From NCBI GenBank assembly GCA_013239625.1, contig MU054187.1, forward strand, positions 23,188,795 through 23,252,794: a stretch of DNA of 64,000 bases, in the 5' to 3' direction. The DNA comes from Lama guanicoe. Taxonomy: Eukaryota. The notes below the pieces were generated by a model. The model was given only the letters and a program-made list of their open reading frames with translations. It had not been told where the DNA came from and did no database searches. Positions 12,554 through 26,199 of the stretch are shown piece after piece. Position 1 is the stretch's first letter; the number at the start of each line of letters is the position of its first letter. A program made the translations under genes and the position numbers.

Positions 12554-15544
12554 ATGTGTGTATATAGTCTTTTTCCACTGCCATTGCATCAAAAAAGGGG
12601 TTGGTTTTGCCCTAAAGATTTAGGTATTGCTGTTTATCCTGCACGCTTGTTTGTTGCTCTGGCAGTTACTTTCTGCTTCCTTCTCCAGACTCTGATAATC
12701 TATATAAACTGGATTACATCCCTTCCTTCTACAGTTATCATCTTTTTTGATCATTTTCTTCTCTTTGTTCTTTTTCTTTTAGTTTTAAAGAACTTCTCTA
12801 GTTATTTCTCAACATCACTGGTACAATTTTCTCTGATATAACGAAATACATTCTCTCTTGGTACCCTCTAATGAACACTAATTTGTTACTGTGTTTTTAC
12901 TTACCCCTTTTCTCATTATCTCTATTAACGCCTATTAATTTCATTCTGTATCTCAACAAGGAAGTTCCATTTTTATCTCAGATTTTCTCTTATGTAATAA
13001 GGTTTTTATTATTTTATTTGATTGAAGACACAGCATATGTATTGAAAACATTGTTCTTTTTTTGTAGAAATCCTTTACATATTTATAATGTCTTCTGAAA
13101 CTTGAGGTCAATATTTTACTTTTTGTTGTGATTGTCACCTAAATAATGCTTTCTCCCTTTTTATTCATCCTTGAAAGAAAGATGACTTATGTATGTTCAA
13201 TGTTTGTCACCATCAGGTGTGTGTAATCCTTTTGAACCGCATGGCATATCACAAGAAGCATCTTTGCATTTCTGTGCTAGAAGATACATGTCAGTAAAGC
13301 TCTCGTGGTCTAGATAGACATTTTTCCTTCTGCTATTATTTCCTAGTCCTCAGAATTTAAAGAAATGAGTTTCTGCATAGGTTATAGGAGTAAGTTATAG
13401 TTCTTCTCCAGAAATGGTGCATTAAATAATATAATAATTACCAGAGTATTCAGCTACTGCAGTATGTTTTGTAAACCTCTGCCTGACTGTACATCCAGGA
13501 TGATCTGTTTCTGCCTATGGGCATATCCCTGAGCTTTTAGGAAAGGATGAAGGGTCTCAGTGTTTTTCTTTTAATTTTAAATTTTATCATTCAGAATTTT
13601 AAATAGAGTGGATAATTTATTTTTTAAATGATACTGGTTCTTCCATAGTCAGTCTCAAAAACTAAAGAAAGGCCCGTTTTATCAGTTAAAGTCCGGTATC
13701 ATACAATGTGACTGATATATTTCTAAAAGTTAAAATAAGAATTCCCTCATCCTTGAAGTTTCCCAAAGTCATTCTTTGACTTCACACAATGAATAATTCT
13801 TTCCCGAAGAAAAACAGCATTATTAAATTATCTTAAATAATTGAAAAGGAAGACTATCTGAGTTGCAGGAAGTCCAGAGTAAAATCAAATCATATGAAGT
13901 AAACTAAACTCATCTTATAAATACCATATGTGTAGAATCTTTTGACAATGGCTTTTGTTGATTTGGTTGGAAAGTAATAGACTAGGAGTTTGTGTCATTG
14001 TCTTGAGCAGAAAAAGTCTGTAGCAATCTGCAGAATTATTTTATTTTTTAATCCTATACTTTACCAAAAAAGACACTCCCATGTTATTTTTAGAAGATAA
14101 CATGTCTTGAAAAATAAGACACCTGGCCAAGGTTTTGTTCTTTTTTGTTGGATTATTGTTTGGAAGCAGAAAGGAAAGCCCTTTATCCATCTATCTGCCA
14201 GACTTGGACTTCTGCCCTTGACAAAACCCTACAACAACCAACAGCAGTAGTGAATGTGAGACACAGAAAGATGTGAAAGACACGTTTCATCTGTGTGTAA
14301 GTCAATGAATCATAGCGTCTTCAGAGTAGGGAAACTCTGCACTGAGACTCTGGAGGTAAATTTATTTCACATTTTGAGTTTTGGACACTGATTATCTGTT
14401 TGTATGACCAACCCTAAGACTGGTTAAGTTGACAAAATTTATCTCTGAAATCTTTCTTTAACTCTTTCTGAGCTCTTCTCTTATTGTAGTCACACTCCAG
14501 GGTCTTGGTCTACAAAATTTTCACTTCCTCAATTCTCTCTACCAGGAGAGAATACATCACAATTAAAGAAATATAAGCACCATATTGTGAACTGCTTCAG
14601 TGGTAATTTCCCACGTTCCCTACAACCATTCTACAGGAATCTTTGGTGAGAATTATATATGTCATGCAGGAGACAAAATGGAATAATGCAGATCTGGGTT
14701 AAGACTTAATATTTTATTTTTACAGAGCAAAATTTAAAAATTACTTAAGTTTAACCATCATCAGTTTTTAATTTAATTAACTTCCTTACTATTATCAAAA
14801 TTAAGTGACAAAACAACATAAAGGAAATAATTGGTTACTTAATAGGCACTCAAAATTATTTACCTATTTTTAAATAACTTTTAAATCTAGAACTAGGAAG
14901 CCTGAAAAGGAAATACATGGGCAAGTAGGTAATTAAATAATCTGCTTAAATACTCTGGGAATCCTAAGCAATTATTTTAAGGAAAAGGATTTTTCCACAT
15001 TGTTGCTAGTTCCAAAATAAAAACTTCTATCATCTTGGAAGAATTTGGAAAGTATATTCTTCTCTCTCTTTAATTAATTTACTCTTCTAATTGAAAATAA
15101 GTGACAGAAATGTATCTGTTCAGGAATTATGGGGTTTTTTTTCCCTTAATTACCTAGATATTATATAATAAAACAGTGACACCATTAAGTCCTTTATGAG
15201 TAGATGCTGCATTGGACTAGATCAGAAGTTTCAAAATATTTTAGCTGTAAATTATTTTTTTTAAATATGAAATGTTATTTGTAATCACCTATATAAATCA
15301 GATAAGAAATGCCTGAGGAGTTTGGGTGTTACACTATTACATCACCCTATGGCCCTTAAGTTCCTTCCATGGAAAATGCTTCTTGCCTTTCATACAGAAT
15401 AGCAGCAAACAACAGAATTGAGTAAGAGAGGGACAAAAAAGTACAAATAACTGTACATTTTTCTTATTTTGGATCTTATTTTCTCAGGTCACCATTTTCT
15501 TCATCTCCATGACAATTATAAATAACTAAAACCAATAACAAGTC

Positions 15545-15690
15545 AAGCAGTAAGCCTTATATACTTTACTTCTGGAAATCACAAAACTCTGAAAAGTAAG
15601 CAATATTATAAGCTTTTAAAAATTATTAGTAATGAGGAAATGAGAGCACTACACATTTTATCCAAGCCACAATTCACAAATTATTACAAT
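15545..15690 (-). mobile_element. MIR fragment
   Basis: tcacaaaactctgaaaagtaagcaatattat...gaggaaatgagagca resembles the MIR core. Confidence 0.5.
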
Positions 15691-16099
15691 AAGTAAAAGC
15701 AAACATTTTGGGATCTGTATTGTTCTGTATTTAGTGGAATAATTTTATCAAAATTGTTTAGTATTTAATTGAAAAAAATTGAAGTATTTCATTCTTCAGC
15801 ATTTCCTCCTGGAGCATAATTCTTCAAAAGTTCTTTTATTGCTACTTTTTGACTTTGCAATTCTTGACACTTTATATTAACAGAAACACCCCCGATGTAA
15901 TAACCATAATCCCGTACCATCAGAACAGTTACCGCCATTTCTGTAACTCATTACTCAATATCCAGGAGGTGGAAATTATATCCCATCACCCGAAATCTAA
16001 ACTGGTAATGAAAGCAAAGGACACAAACTACCACATTCTCTGTGAATTTTTATGAAATTGATTTGTGTTAAAATGCATGTCTTCTTCTAGAGCGACACA

Positions 16100-17230
16100 C
16101 TGTCTCATGAGCTAAAACCTACCTTTTTCACCTCTCTCACTTTCCTCTTAAAAGGAGCTGAGTATTTTCCCCACTATTTCCATCATCATAAAGAAAGTCT
16201 GGAATGTCTTAACGTTCCTCTGGTTCCACACTGCCTGCCAACTACTGCTCCTCTTACAAAAATCTCAGGTACCTCTCCCTAATCCTTGTCACAATTTTCT
16301 ATTAACTTTAGACCCACAAGTTGCCATTTCAAAAGATTATTATACCTGACTCACTTTATCAACCTCATAGCTACCATCATCAGAATATAACTATCATCAG
16401 AACCAGACATATGTTTAGATCCTGTAATTTAATGTGTTTTTTTAATCATCTTTCTATTTTGGTAGGCTTTGCATATGGCTACAAACTGGATGAAGACTTT
16501 CATGCTACAATCCACGTTCTGAAATTTGAAATTTCTCTGATCACAACATCCTTCTTTTACTCCCATTCAATCATTGCTTTGAATTCAAACTTCACTTTGA
16601 ACCAAGGAAATCCATCCATTTATTACCTCTGTTTAAGTATCACAGTCTTCCAGTTCCTTTGTGCTTTCAATTCCCTTTTCTTTTTTCCAGATGGTTCAGC
16701 TCTACTCTCACCAGAATTTCATATTCCTGTGACTTTCTGCTGTAGGTGCTCTTGCCAGTTCCTAAATGTGGTTGAAACCAATGGTCTATTTGTATTATCT
16801 GGGCAAAATTACATAATCTAGAAAAAAAACTGATAGTTTCTAACCTCAAATAGACCCTTAACTGTTACTTGGTGGTACTTTTCACTAATTTCTAGTTTGT
16901 TAAATTTTCTATTTTCCTATGTGGCTAGACTCAACCACTTCCTTTTACTCAGCCAAGCAAAAACAAACCAAACAAACAGTTTAGCCCCCTTTAAAAAATA
17001 AGCATAAGAGACATCAACAACATAACTATAGGTTTACTCAGAGAAGGAGTCTTGGAGACAGAGGTGCTGCACCGCAAGCCAAGGTAATCCTGTCCATTTC
17101 TGTCATTGCCCCCAAACCCTCCCATTTCCTCTGAAACTTATAACCTTATTATCCTCTCTCTTTTTTACCCTCACCACTTGTCCCTTTCAGTCATCCAAAA
17201 AATATATTAAAATATTCCTTTTTCAAAAGA
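16100..17230 (+). mobile_element. L2 internal (ORF2) fragment, 5' part
   Basis: Pyrimidine-rich L2-like text, e.g. tctaacctcaaatagacccttaactg. Confidence 0.55.
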
Positions 17231-17239
17231 AGTCAATAT

Positions 17240-17797
17240 TTCAAATTCTCCCTTAAATGAGGGGAAAGTGGAGTAACATGACAAACCCTACTTCAGCCAA
17301 GTGACCAAAGTCAGCATCAACAGCCATAAATCATGCTGATAGTATGTAACCTTGACATGATGTAATAAAAATGACGTTACCTCTGTGATCTGCCTTCCCC
17401 CAAATTATAATTCTGGTCTAATCATGAGAAACCATACTCCTCATACTGCAAATTCATCTCAAACAAGAGAAGTCAGAGAAATTGTCACAGTCAAGAGAAG
17501 ACTAAAGAGACATGACAGCTAAATATAATGTGGTATTCTAGAAGAAATCCTGTAACAGAAAAGGGACATTAGATAAAAAGTAAGCAAACCTGGATTAACT
17601 ACAGTTTTTATTTAATGAAAATGCATCCATATTGGTTCAGCAACTGTAACTAATTAACATCATGAGTGAAATATTAATAATATATTAAACTATGTGTAGG
17701 GAGTATATGGTGTAGGGAGTATTTGTCCTGTCTGCTTTTTTTTTTTGGTAGATCTAAACATTTTTTTAAATTAAATATATTAAATTAAAATAAAAAA
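17240..17797 (+). mobile_element. L1MC-type 3' UTR
   Basis: cagccaagtgaccaaagtcagcatca...actaaagagacatgacagctaaatataatgtggtattcta...aacagaaaagggacattag, ending in an A-rich tail. Confidence 0.85.
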
Positions 17798-18494
17798 GGA
17801 GACCAGGAATTAGGTAGATGGAGTTAAAACAATCACCTGTATTAATAATAAAGCTCATATTCACATTAGCAATTGCAGCTTAAGTGTGTGGTCATCATAT
17901 AGCTCCTGATTCTAAGCTCCAGAAATTGTCAGAATAACCAAAGCGATGGTTACAATGGAAAAACCTAGGCTTCCCCATGTTGAGGTACTCCTGTGCAACT
18001 TACAGCTTGAAAGAACAGAGTTGAGCAGACCAGAGTTGCTTGTTCTGTCGGAGCAGCTGGCTCTCAAGGGTTAGGAAAGCAGAAAAGGGTCTGATCTGTA
18101 CATGCCAGTTTCTGTTCTCATGGATGACTAAAGAATTCAACAGGAGAGGATGAAGTGAGAACGTTTACCTACAGGATTAGGATTATAACTAGTCAAGGTC
18201 TCTTGGACACAGAAACAACAGACAGAGTGGGATTTCCATCTAAGAGAGAGGAATATTTCAAGAGAAGTCTCATGACATATCCAAGTTTTACATATATACA
18301 TAGTTCCTAGAGAATTTCTGACATGAGTTCAGTGGCAGAACTGGAACAGTGAAGAGAGCGTCATCCTCCTAGAAGTGTGAATTTCATTCTTAGACAGACA
18401 GTCCTTATCAATCCTGTGGGCGGCAAACTTCCTAGAAGACAGATCTCTTGCACATTCCCATTTTCACCAACTACAGTCTGAAACTGCCCCAACA
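17798..18494 (-). mobile_element. Unclassified LTR-like segment
   Basis: GC-richer block between two L2 halves, ending gccccaaca (TGTTGGGGC on the minus strand). Family not recognised. Confidence 0.3.
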
Positions 18495-18689
18495 TCAACC
18501 CATCAACTTACTATTATCGAACAAGAAATTTATTTTATTTATTTTTTAAACAATTTAGTTTCCTCAGTCCATAATAGTATGTATTGATTGATAACAATTT
18601 GGAATTTAGAGAAAAATTAAAAGTATTAAAGTAAACAAAAACTTCAGCTGTAATCTGATCTCCAAAGGATGATCAAAACTAAAACATGG

Positions 18690-19270
18690 ATCTTTTGCCT
18701 TCTTATGTTTTCTTCCCCTAAATTTATTTCCCCTCCGATCTTCTTTTCCAAACATAGATATATTTGTAAAGTGCATTTATAGCAAAAGTCTCCAATTCTA
18801 CTCCTTCCACTAAATTTTGGGCCCAATTCATCCAGTTTTTTTGGCTCACCTGCCATTTTGTCAAAACTGCCCTTATCAGGGAAACCAAATGACATTTCCA
18901 TTACCAAATTTATTAGGTAGTTGTTATTTCTCATAATATTTGAATTATGAACAGGTTTTACATGGTTGAAAGCTAACTCTCCCTTGACATAACTCCTTGA
19001 AATAATTCCTCTCTTGGACTGAAGTCACTCTTGGTTTTCCACTTAATTCCTTGGCTGTTCCTTTCCATAGTCTAATGTTGGGTCCTTCTCATCTCTCCAA
19101 ATTTTAAGGTTTGACAAGACCTCCACCTTGAACCTCTTCTCTATTTATCACACACTCACTAGATAATCTTGTCTGCTATAATGTCTTTATATATAATCAG
19201 TATACTTAAAATATCCTAATATACATCTAAAGTCTATCTGCTGTCAACCCAATGTCTCTACTAGGTCTAT
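18690..19270 (+). mobile_element. L2 internal fragment, continuation
   Basis: ctccttgaaataattcctctcttgg...ttggttttccacttaattccttggctgttcctttc matches the L2 RT-region consensus pattern. Confidence 0.75.
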
Positions 19271-19279
19271 GATTCATTT

Positions 19280-21545
19280 CAAGCATCTTCTTTTATAAAG
19301 TGTGACTGAGGTAAGGTTTAAGATTAATTTTTTTATGGGTATGGATATACAGTTTTTACAACATCATTTGTTGAACCTTCCCTGCTAAATTACTTTGCCA
19401 CCTATATTAAAAAAAATCAATTGACCACATATGAATGACCTGTTTCTGTGTTTTCTCTATTGTTTTCCATTGATCTACATGTTTATTCTTACATCAGTAT
19501 CACAGTAGATTACAGTAGCTTTATACTAAGTGTTGAAATTAAGTAATATAAGCCCTACAACTTGGTAATTGTTTTTTGAATTATTATCTTATTGTTGATT
19601 CTTTGCATTGCCAGATGAATTTTTAAATCAGCTTATATCTATACAAGAGATGAATGATATTTGAAACTAAATTTTATTAGAATTAAATTTTATTAATTTG
19701 GAGTGAAATTAACATTTTAACAATATTGAAACTTCTGAACAGACACATAGCATATGGTTTCATTTATTAAAATCTTTAGCTGCTCTCAACAGAGTTTTAT
19801 ATGTTTCACTGTTAAATATATCCCTAGTACTACATAGTTTTGAATGTTATTGCTTTTTTAATATCAATATTACCTTTTGGTTTTGGCATATGAAAATGTA
19901 AATACATTTTTATTGGCTTTGTATCAAATGAATTAGGTGATTTACTTATTAGTCTTAATTGCTCCATTTGTGGATTCCTTATTTTTTATGTAAATAATCA
20001 TGTCATCTAGGGATAAAATTTTTCTTCTTCCTTTCAAATATGCACTTTTTTTTCTTAACTTATTTCAGTGGCTAGATCTTCTTGTATAATATTTAATAAA
20101 AATGGTGAGGGTGGATATACGTGTTTTGCTGCAATGTTAGGTGATAAATCTTCAGTCTTTCATCATTAAGTACAACTTGACTTTAACTGTGAGCTTTACT
20201 TAACATGACAGTTAAAAGGATAAGACAGTTCTGTTCCTACTTGGCTGAGTGGTATTACCGTGATTGATACTGAATTTTCCCAGTTATTTATTTATTTTTT
20301 CAGTTGAACATAGAATTTGTTTTCCTCTTCCATTTTGACCAATTGGAAAATTATAATGATTTGCCTCCAAATGTTAACCCAATCTTTACTTCCTGGGAGG
20401 TGGGAGGACTCATGTGTTGATGTTCTCTTGTCTGTTGATGTATTCGTCTGTGCTTCCTTTAAGCTTTTTGCAACTATGTTTATGAGAGATGCTAATCTGT
20501 AATTTTATTTTATTATATTGTATTTGCCTGATTTAAGATCAAGATTATACTTGTCTCATAAAATGAAAAGGGATGTATTATATTCTCTTCTATTTTATGA
20601 AAGATTTTATGTAATTTTTTTATTAAATGTTGTATAGTATTCACCTGTAGGGTCATTTTGGCCCCAGAGTTTTCTTTAATGATAAGCCTTTAATTATAAA
20701 TTAATTACTTAAACCAATATAGGACTATTAAGATTCTATTTCTTCTTTACTCAATTTTGGTAAATTGTATCTTTCAACAAATTTCTCTCTTTCATCTAGA
20801 TATTAAAATATATGGGTAAAGTTATTCATATGATTCTCTTAGTTTTTTTTTAGTATTTATAGATTTTATAGCATCATCTCCCTTTCATTTTTGCTGTTCG
20901 TAATCTGTTTCCCATCTTCCTTTTTTGACCAATTGACAAACTTTCAAAGAACCAGCTTTTGAATTCAAAGATTTTTTTTAATTATTTGTCCATTTTCTCT
21001 TGCATTGAACAGTGCCATTATCATTATTGCTTCCTTCCTTCTACTTATTTTGGGTTTAATTTTGTCTTCTTTAGCTAACTTATTATTGTGTTTATTTATT
21101 TTAAGCCTTTATTGACTTTTAAAATAAGCATTAAAATTATAAATTTTCTTTAAGTGCTGTTTAAGTTGCATTTCACAATTTTTATATTATGGTTATTGCA
21201 TTTTTCACTATTTGCAAAATATTTTGTAATTCTCCTTATTGTTTTTATTTTTTACCAAAGTTCTATTTTGAATTATACTTTTTAATTCCTAAAAATTTGT
21301 GTATTTTTGCTGTTATCTTTTGTTACAGTTTTCTATGTGGTCAAAAAATAGACTTCAAAGAATATAATCTGTATGATTTAATTCTAGTAAGTTGTTAACA
21401 GTACACACCAATTGGCTTCAAAGCATTCCAGTGCACTTGAAAATGACATATATTTTGCTGTTGTTGTGTGGGTAGCCTGATATTCTGCTTACTTGCTTAT
21501 CAGTAACTGAAAGATGAGTATCTAGATCTCCAACTATACTTGTTG
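19280..21545 (-). mobile_element. Old L1M ORF2 fragment (about 2.2 kb)
   Basis: Continuous T-rich antisense L1 text: caacatcatttgttgaa, aatcaattgaccacatatg, ttcagtctttcatcattaagta, ctttcaaagaaccagctttt. Confidence 0.9.
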
Positions 21546-21589
21546 GCAAAGATAATTTCAACATTTCTGTATGAAAACCTGAAAGCATG

Positions 21590-21870
21590 GAGTTTCCAAG
21601 TGAAAGGAAAGGAAGAGGGTATAGTAGGATTGGGTTTGAAGGTAGAAACCAAAAAGAGTTCAGTTTTGACGTACTGAGTTTATAAAGTAGACTTCCAAGT
21701 AAGGAAGTTGAGTAGTCAGGTACAGAGTCAAAAATGTGAGAAAACTATCTAGCCTGAGCTGGGGAGTTATTGGCATGTGAATGGCATTTAAGACCAGAAG
21801 ACTAAAGCATCAGGTTTGTGAGGAGACCTAGACAAGAGAAGAACAAGGATGAGCTCAAGGGCAGGTCCAC
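21590..21870 (-). mobile_element. L2 fragment
   Basis: aagagttcagttttgacgtactgagttt...gggagttattggcatgtgaatggcatttaagacc. Confidence 0.7.
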
Positions 21871-21879
21871 CCTAAGAGA

Positions 21880-22225
21880 AGAAGTGAAAGACAAACACTG
21901 TATGAGGTCACTTGTATGTACCTAAAAGATAAAGCAAATGAATATATATAGGAAAAACAGAAACAGATTCACGATATAGAAAACAAACTAGTGGTTACAA
22001 GAGGGGAGAGGGGAGGGAGGAGGAGCATTCTGGGGTATGGATTAAGAGATACAAATGACTATGTATAAAATAGGTAAGCTATAGCATATATTGTATAGCA
22101 CAGGGAATTATAGCCATTATCTTTTAATAACTTTTACTGGCGTATAAACTAAAAGTATTGATTCAGTATGCTATATACCTGATTTACAATAAGATAAATC
22201 AACTACCCTTCAATTAAAAAAAAAA
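21880..22225 (+). mobile_element. L1 3' UTR with poly-A
   Basis: gaaaacaaactagtggttac...ttgtatagcacagggaa...aaatcaactacccttcaattaaaaaaaaaa. Confidence 0.9.
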
Positions 22226-22848
22226 CTGAAATGAGAAAAGATTGAGAAGAAGCCTTAAAAGAAAGCCATAAAAGAAAAAGTAAGAATATATTGAAAATTG
22301 CTGTGCATTAATGTCCCACATCAGAAAGTAAGTGTATCTAATCTAACAGTGGAAATTTGTGAATTATATCTTGTTTCCACTGATTGCCTTCATTAAAGCG
22401 CTCCTTGACTGTCAGTTGGGATTACGACAGAAGTTCTCTGCTGGCATCCCTGACCCCAGTTTCTTATTCTGCACATGATCATTCTTGCTGTAGCTACGCA
22501 GTGACTAGTTTTTTTAAAAGTATTCATCTACCTATAAGTCTTTGAGAGAGCTTATTGTCCATAAGATAAGTTTCAATATCCTTAGTATGGTTTTCACATA
22601 CTGTGCAATCTACTCCTCAGTTATCATCAAAAGTCTCATGTCCATCTCTTTATCTGTACCTACCCATGAAGCTCTAATATGTATTTATCTTTGACAGTAC
22701 TTCTGCCTGCAACACATTTCCACTTGGAGCAAAACTGATTTGTACTTATTCTCAATCTCAATCCAAGCGCCATGTCTTCTAGAAAGTCTTTCTTGCTATT
22801 GTAAGGCCAAGATTCCCAATAATTTTTTTAATAACTCCATTTGAAGGT

Positions 22849-23408
22849 TGTTGTAGGTTGGAATCATGTCCTCCTACAAATAGAGACATTGGTGTCTTAA
22901 CTTCCAGTATATCAGACTGTGATCTTATTTGGAAGTAAGGTATTTACAGAAATAACCAAATTAAAATGAGATTTGCATCAAAGACCCATTAGAGTGGGTC
23001 TTAATGCAGTATAACTGTGTCTTTATAAAACAGGGGAATTGAAACACACACACATGGAACACAGTTTGTGAAAATGAAGGCATAGATTGGAGAAATACTT
23101 TTTATGCATGCCAGGGAACATCAAAGAGTACCAGCAAAAGTAAAATAAAATAAAATAAAATAAAATAAATCATAGTACCTCACTACAAAAATAAAAACAC
23201 AAGAACAGAAAAAGACCGCCAGCAAGCCATTAGAAACTATGCAACAGGCATAGAAGAGATTCTCTCTCACGGCCCTCGGAAACAACCGAGCCTACTTGAC
23301 ACCTTGATTTTGAACTTCTAGTCTCCAGATGATGTGACAATAAATTTCTGTTGTTTAAAGCCACACAGTTTTTGTGGGACTGTTACAGGAGCCCCAGGAG
23401 CTAATGCA
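22849..23408 (+). mobile_element. MLT1 (B/C-like) solo LTR with an internal A-rich insertion
   Basis: TG...CA ends; tgtgatcttatttggaagtaaggt, gacaccttgattttgaacttctagtctccaga, aataaatttctgttgtttaaagcca. Confidence 0.92.
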
Positions 23409-24184
23409 AGGACAGTAACCTGTTTTTAGTAATTTATTTTTGTACCGACTTTCTCCATGCTGATGTGGACAGGCAGCGTAATGTAGTCGTCACTGACCCA
23501 CCAGCAACTGATGGATATGTTATTTTTTTAGTGGATAGCTATCCACATAAATGATGCAAGGAGAGTATTTGTGTGTATCAGCACGAAGTCCTAAAGATAC
23601 TTCTCTTGTTCTTACATTAGATGGAATACATCTATGGAAAAATAAAACAATTAGAATTTTGTGGGATTATTTGATTGCAGTTATCTTTTAAGCATTAAAA
23701 CATTGTTTTGTGGCTACTTTAATGTCTCTGGCATAGACTTCATGTTTAATAGCAATATTCAGAGTTCACATTTATAAAAATTAGCCTTGTCAACTTCTTA
23801 ACAAAGGAAAGGGCTATGATCTAATCTCTCCTGCAAGGATTAAGCAAGAAAACAATAAACTGGAAACTAAGACATTAAGAAAGAATAGAAAACAAGTAGC
23901 AAAATAGAAGTAGTATAAATATTAAAAAGACTGAAGCAAAGAAACAAGACTAACATCAAATACCCAAGGACTGGATGCTGCAATCTTTTGGTCGGGGAGT
24001 GGAGAGTTGAGATGTGGACAAGGGAGGGTGGAGTACAATCTGAATCCTTATTTAGTTCTATTCTGTCCCTATGTGTAGTCTGTGTGGATAGAAATAAAAT
24101 TAAATGATCCTATGTTTGAATGCAAGAAGCTGGAAGGACTCTCTAGTTCATAATCATGTCCCTACTTCACTATGTCAAGAAAAG

Positions 24185-24760
24185 TATTCATTCATTTGGC
24201 AAATAATCTAGGATCTAATATGTGCCTACCACTTTCCTAGGCATGAGGGAAGCAGTAACCTTTCCTCACATCGTTTATATTCTCATGGAGGAAAAATGCA
24301 AAGCAAGAAAGTAAAAGATGGAATACATTTTATAATGATACATGCAAAGGAGAAAAATAAATCTGGGTTGTCAGAAAATAAAAGGAGGAAGGTGGATTGC
24401 ATTTTTAGGTAGAGGAGTCAGGGAGAAGACTTCAGTAAGACTACATTTGAGTGGAGACATAAGACAGTTGAGGAATGGAGCTGTGTGAATCTTTTTAGAG
24501 CATCCACATTTCAGCTAGAAAAGAAAATGAGTGCAACAGAACCTTAAGCAGGAGTTTACCTTACATGACTGAGGAAAGATAAGACAGGAGGCCAAGGGAG
24601 TTGAGGTGGAGTTGAAGGAGAGAGGTGAGGTCAGAGAAGCGATGGTGGAACTAAACTGTGTGGGTTACTGCAAAGATCTTCTGCTGTTACTTTTGAAAAT
24701 AGACTGGAATTGGTCGAGGTGACACAGGCAAGTGAGTGCTGCAGTGATACAGGTGAAAGA
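24185..24760 (-). mobile_element. L2 3' portion
   Basis: attcattcatttggcaaata...tatgtgcc...acatttgagtggagac, with a purine-rich L2 antisense body. Confidence 0.8.
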
Positions 24761-26199
24761 CGATGGTGGTTTTCCAGTGCTTTTCCTGCAAGAACATTGA
24801 GCTTCAAGCATAGAGTTAAAACTACACCTAGGAACTGGCAATAATTCACTTGTGGTCAATAGTGGTATTTTTTTTAAAACCCCATTCATGGAAGTCTCAG
24901 AAAACGGTGTAAACTGATAACAATTTCAGCTAGCTTCTTTTCAGAGATAATTCACTTGAGATTTGAAAGGCATTTAGTGCTGAACACAGCACTCCATGGA
25001 CTTATTAACTGACAGAGCCACACAGGTCCTTAGAATGCATTTTGGCTTAGGCTCCTACCCCTACACAGCTCTCTACATGAGGAATTTATAGACCTCACTT
25101 TCCTCTTTGGATTCTGTGGTTTCCTCTTGAATTTGCACTTGTCAAAAAGGCTATTTTCTAAATTATGGAACTAAATGGATGCTATTAAAGAACCAGCATT
25201 AATGGAACAAAGCTCTGTATGACTTCTTAAACTATCTTATTTGGTCAATAACAACTTTTATAAAACCTATAGGATCTTTCTTAAGAAATGTCTGAAAACT
25301 ACTGTTAAGAAATAAACAAGGAAGATGAAGCCTATGTACTAATAACCTCTTCTAAACTCTAATTATTCATATAAATAGAGTATTTTTTCTTCCTACCTGA
25401 CCTGTACTTTTTTTCTTTTTTACCATTAGAAATCCATCTTTTATATCTATTTTCTGAAATGCCACATCTTTCTGTGCTATTACGGTCTATGACATCTACT
25501 TTTATAAAAGATCAACCACTCTTCATGCCACATTGAAAAGTGGTCTCTTTGACTGTAGTCAAAGGGAAGATGTTCACTTTAATGAGAGCACCTTCAAACT
25601 CTGAGCCCCATTTTTCCATGTGAAATGTTTCAGTGCCTAAATACTAAACCTAAATTTGTGTGGAAACATAGAACCATTGTATTTTCACCCTTCCCGTGAC
25701 GATTCATCGGTCACATCAAAAGCCATCTTTTATATGGATCACATTGAGCACTCGGTTTCCTATCTTCCAAGAAGAAAATAAACTCAAAGTAAAAGTAAAG
25801 AAGAGCCTGGGAAAGTAGTGACAGAACTAGCGAGTTTGTTAATAATGACATCAGTCAGTGTTATTGCTGAACCTGGATTTTTTTGTGTTGGAGTATTCAT
25901 GAACGTGGACTCACAGACCCTGAAGGATCTTTGGTCGGCAGATGGAGGCAGTGGTCCTGCCTCCATGCATCAATGAGTGACTTTCCTTTGTCACGTCATG
26001 CAGTATTACTTACATGGAAATACTTATTTCTTCGTGCTGGTACATCATATCATCTTCCACTAGAGACTGTTGCTACATGGGAATGGATGAAATATTTATT
26101 GAGGACTAAGTCCATGAAAAAAATACAAGCCTGATTTTGCCATTCCTCTCCTTCAGGTGCTGTATCATTAAAAGAATGACAAAAATTCTTCAAAATTCT

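Noticed and set aside
16321..16821. Longest ORF (166 aa)
   Set aside because: Starts at TTG, lies in degenerate L2, has a biased F/S/I/L composition and no recognisable domain.
23531..23546. Perfect 16-bp palindrome gtggatagctatccac
   Set aside because: About one such palindrome is expected by chance in 64 kb, and there is no supporting context.
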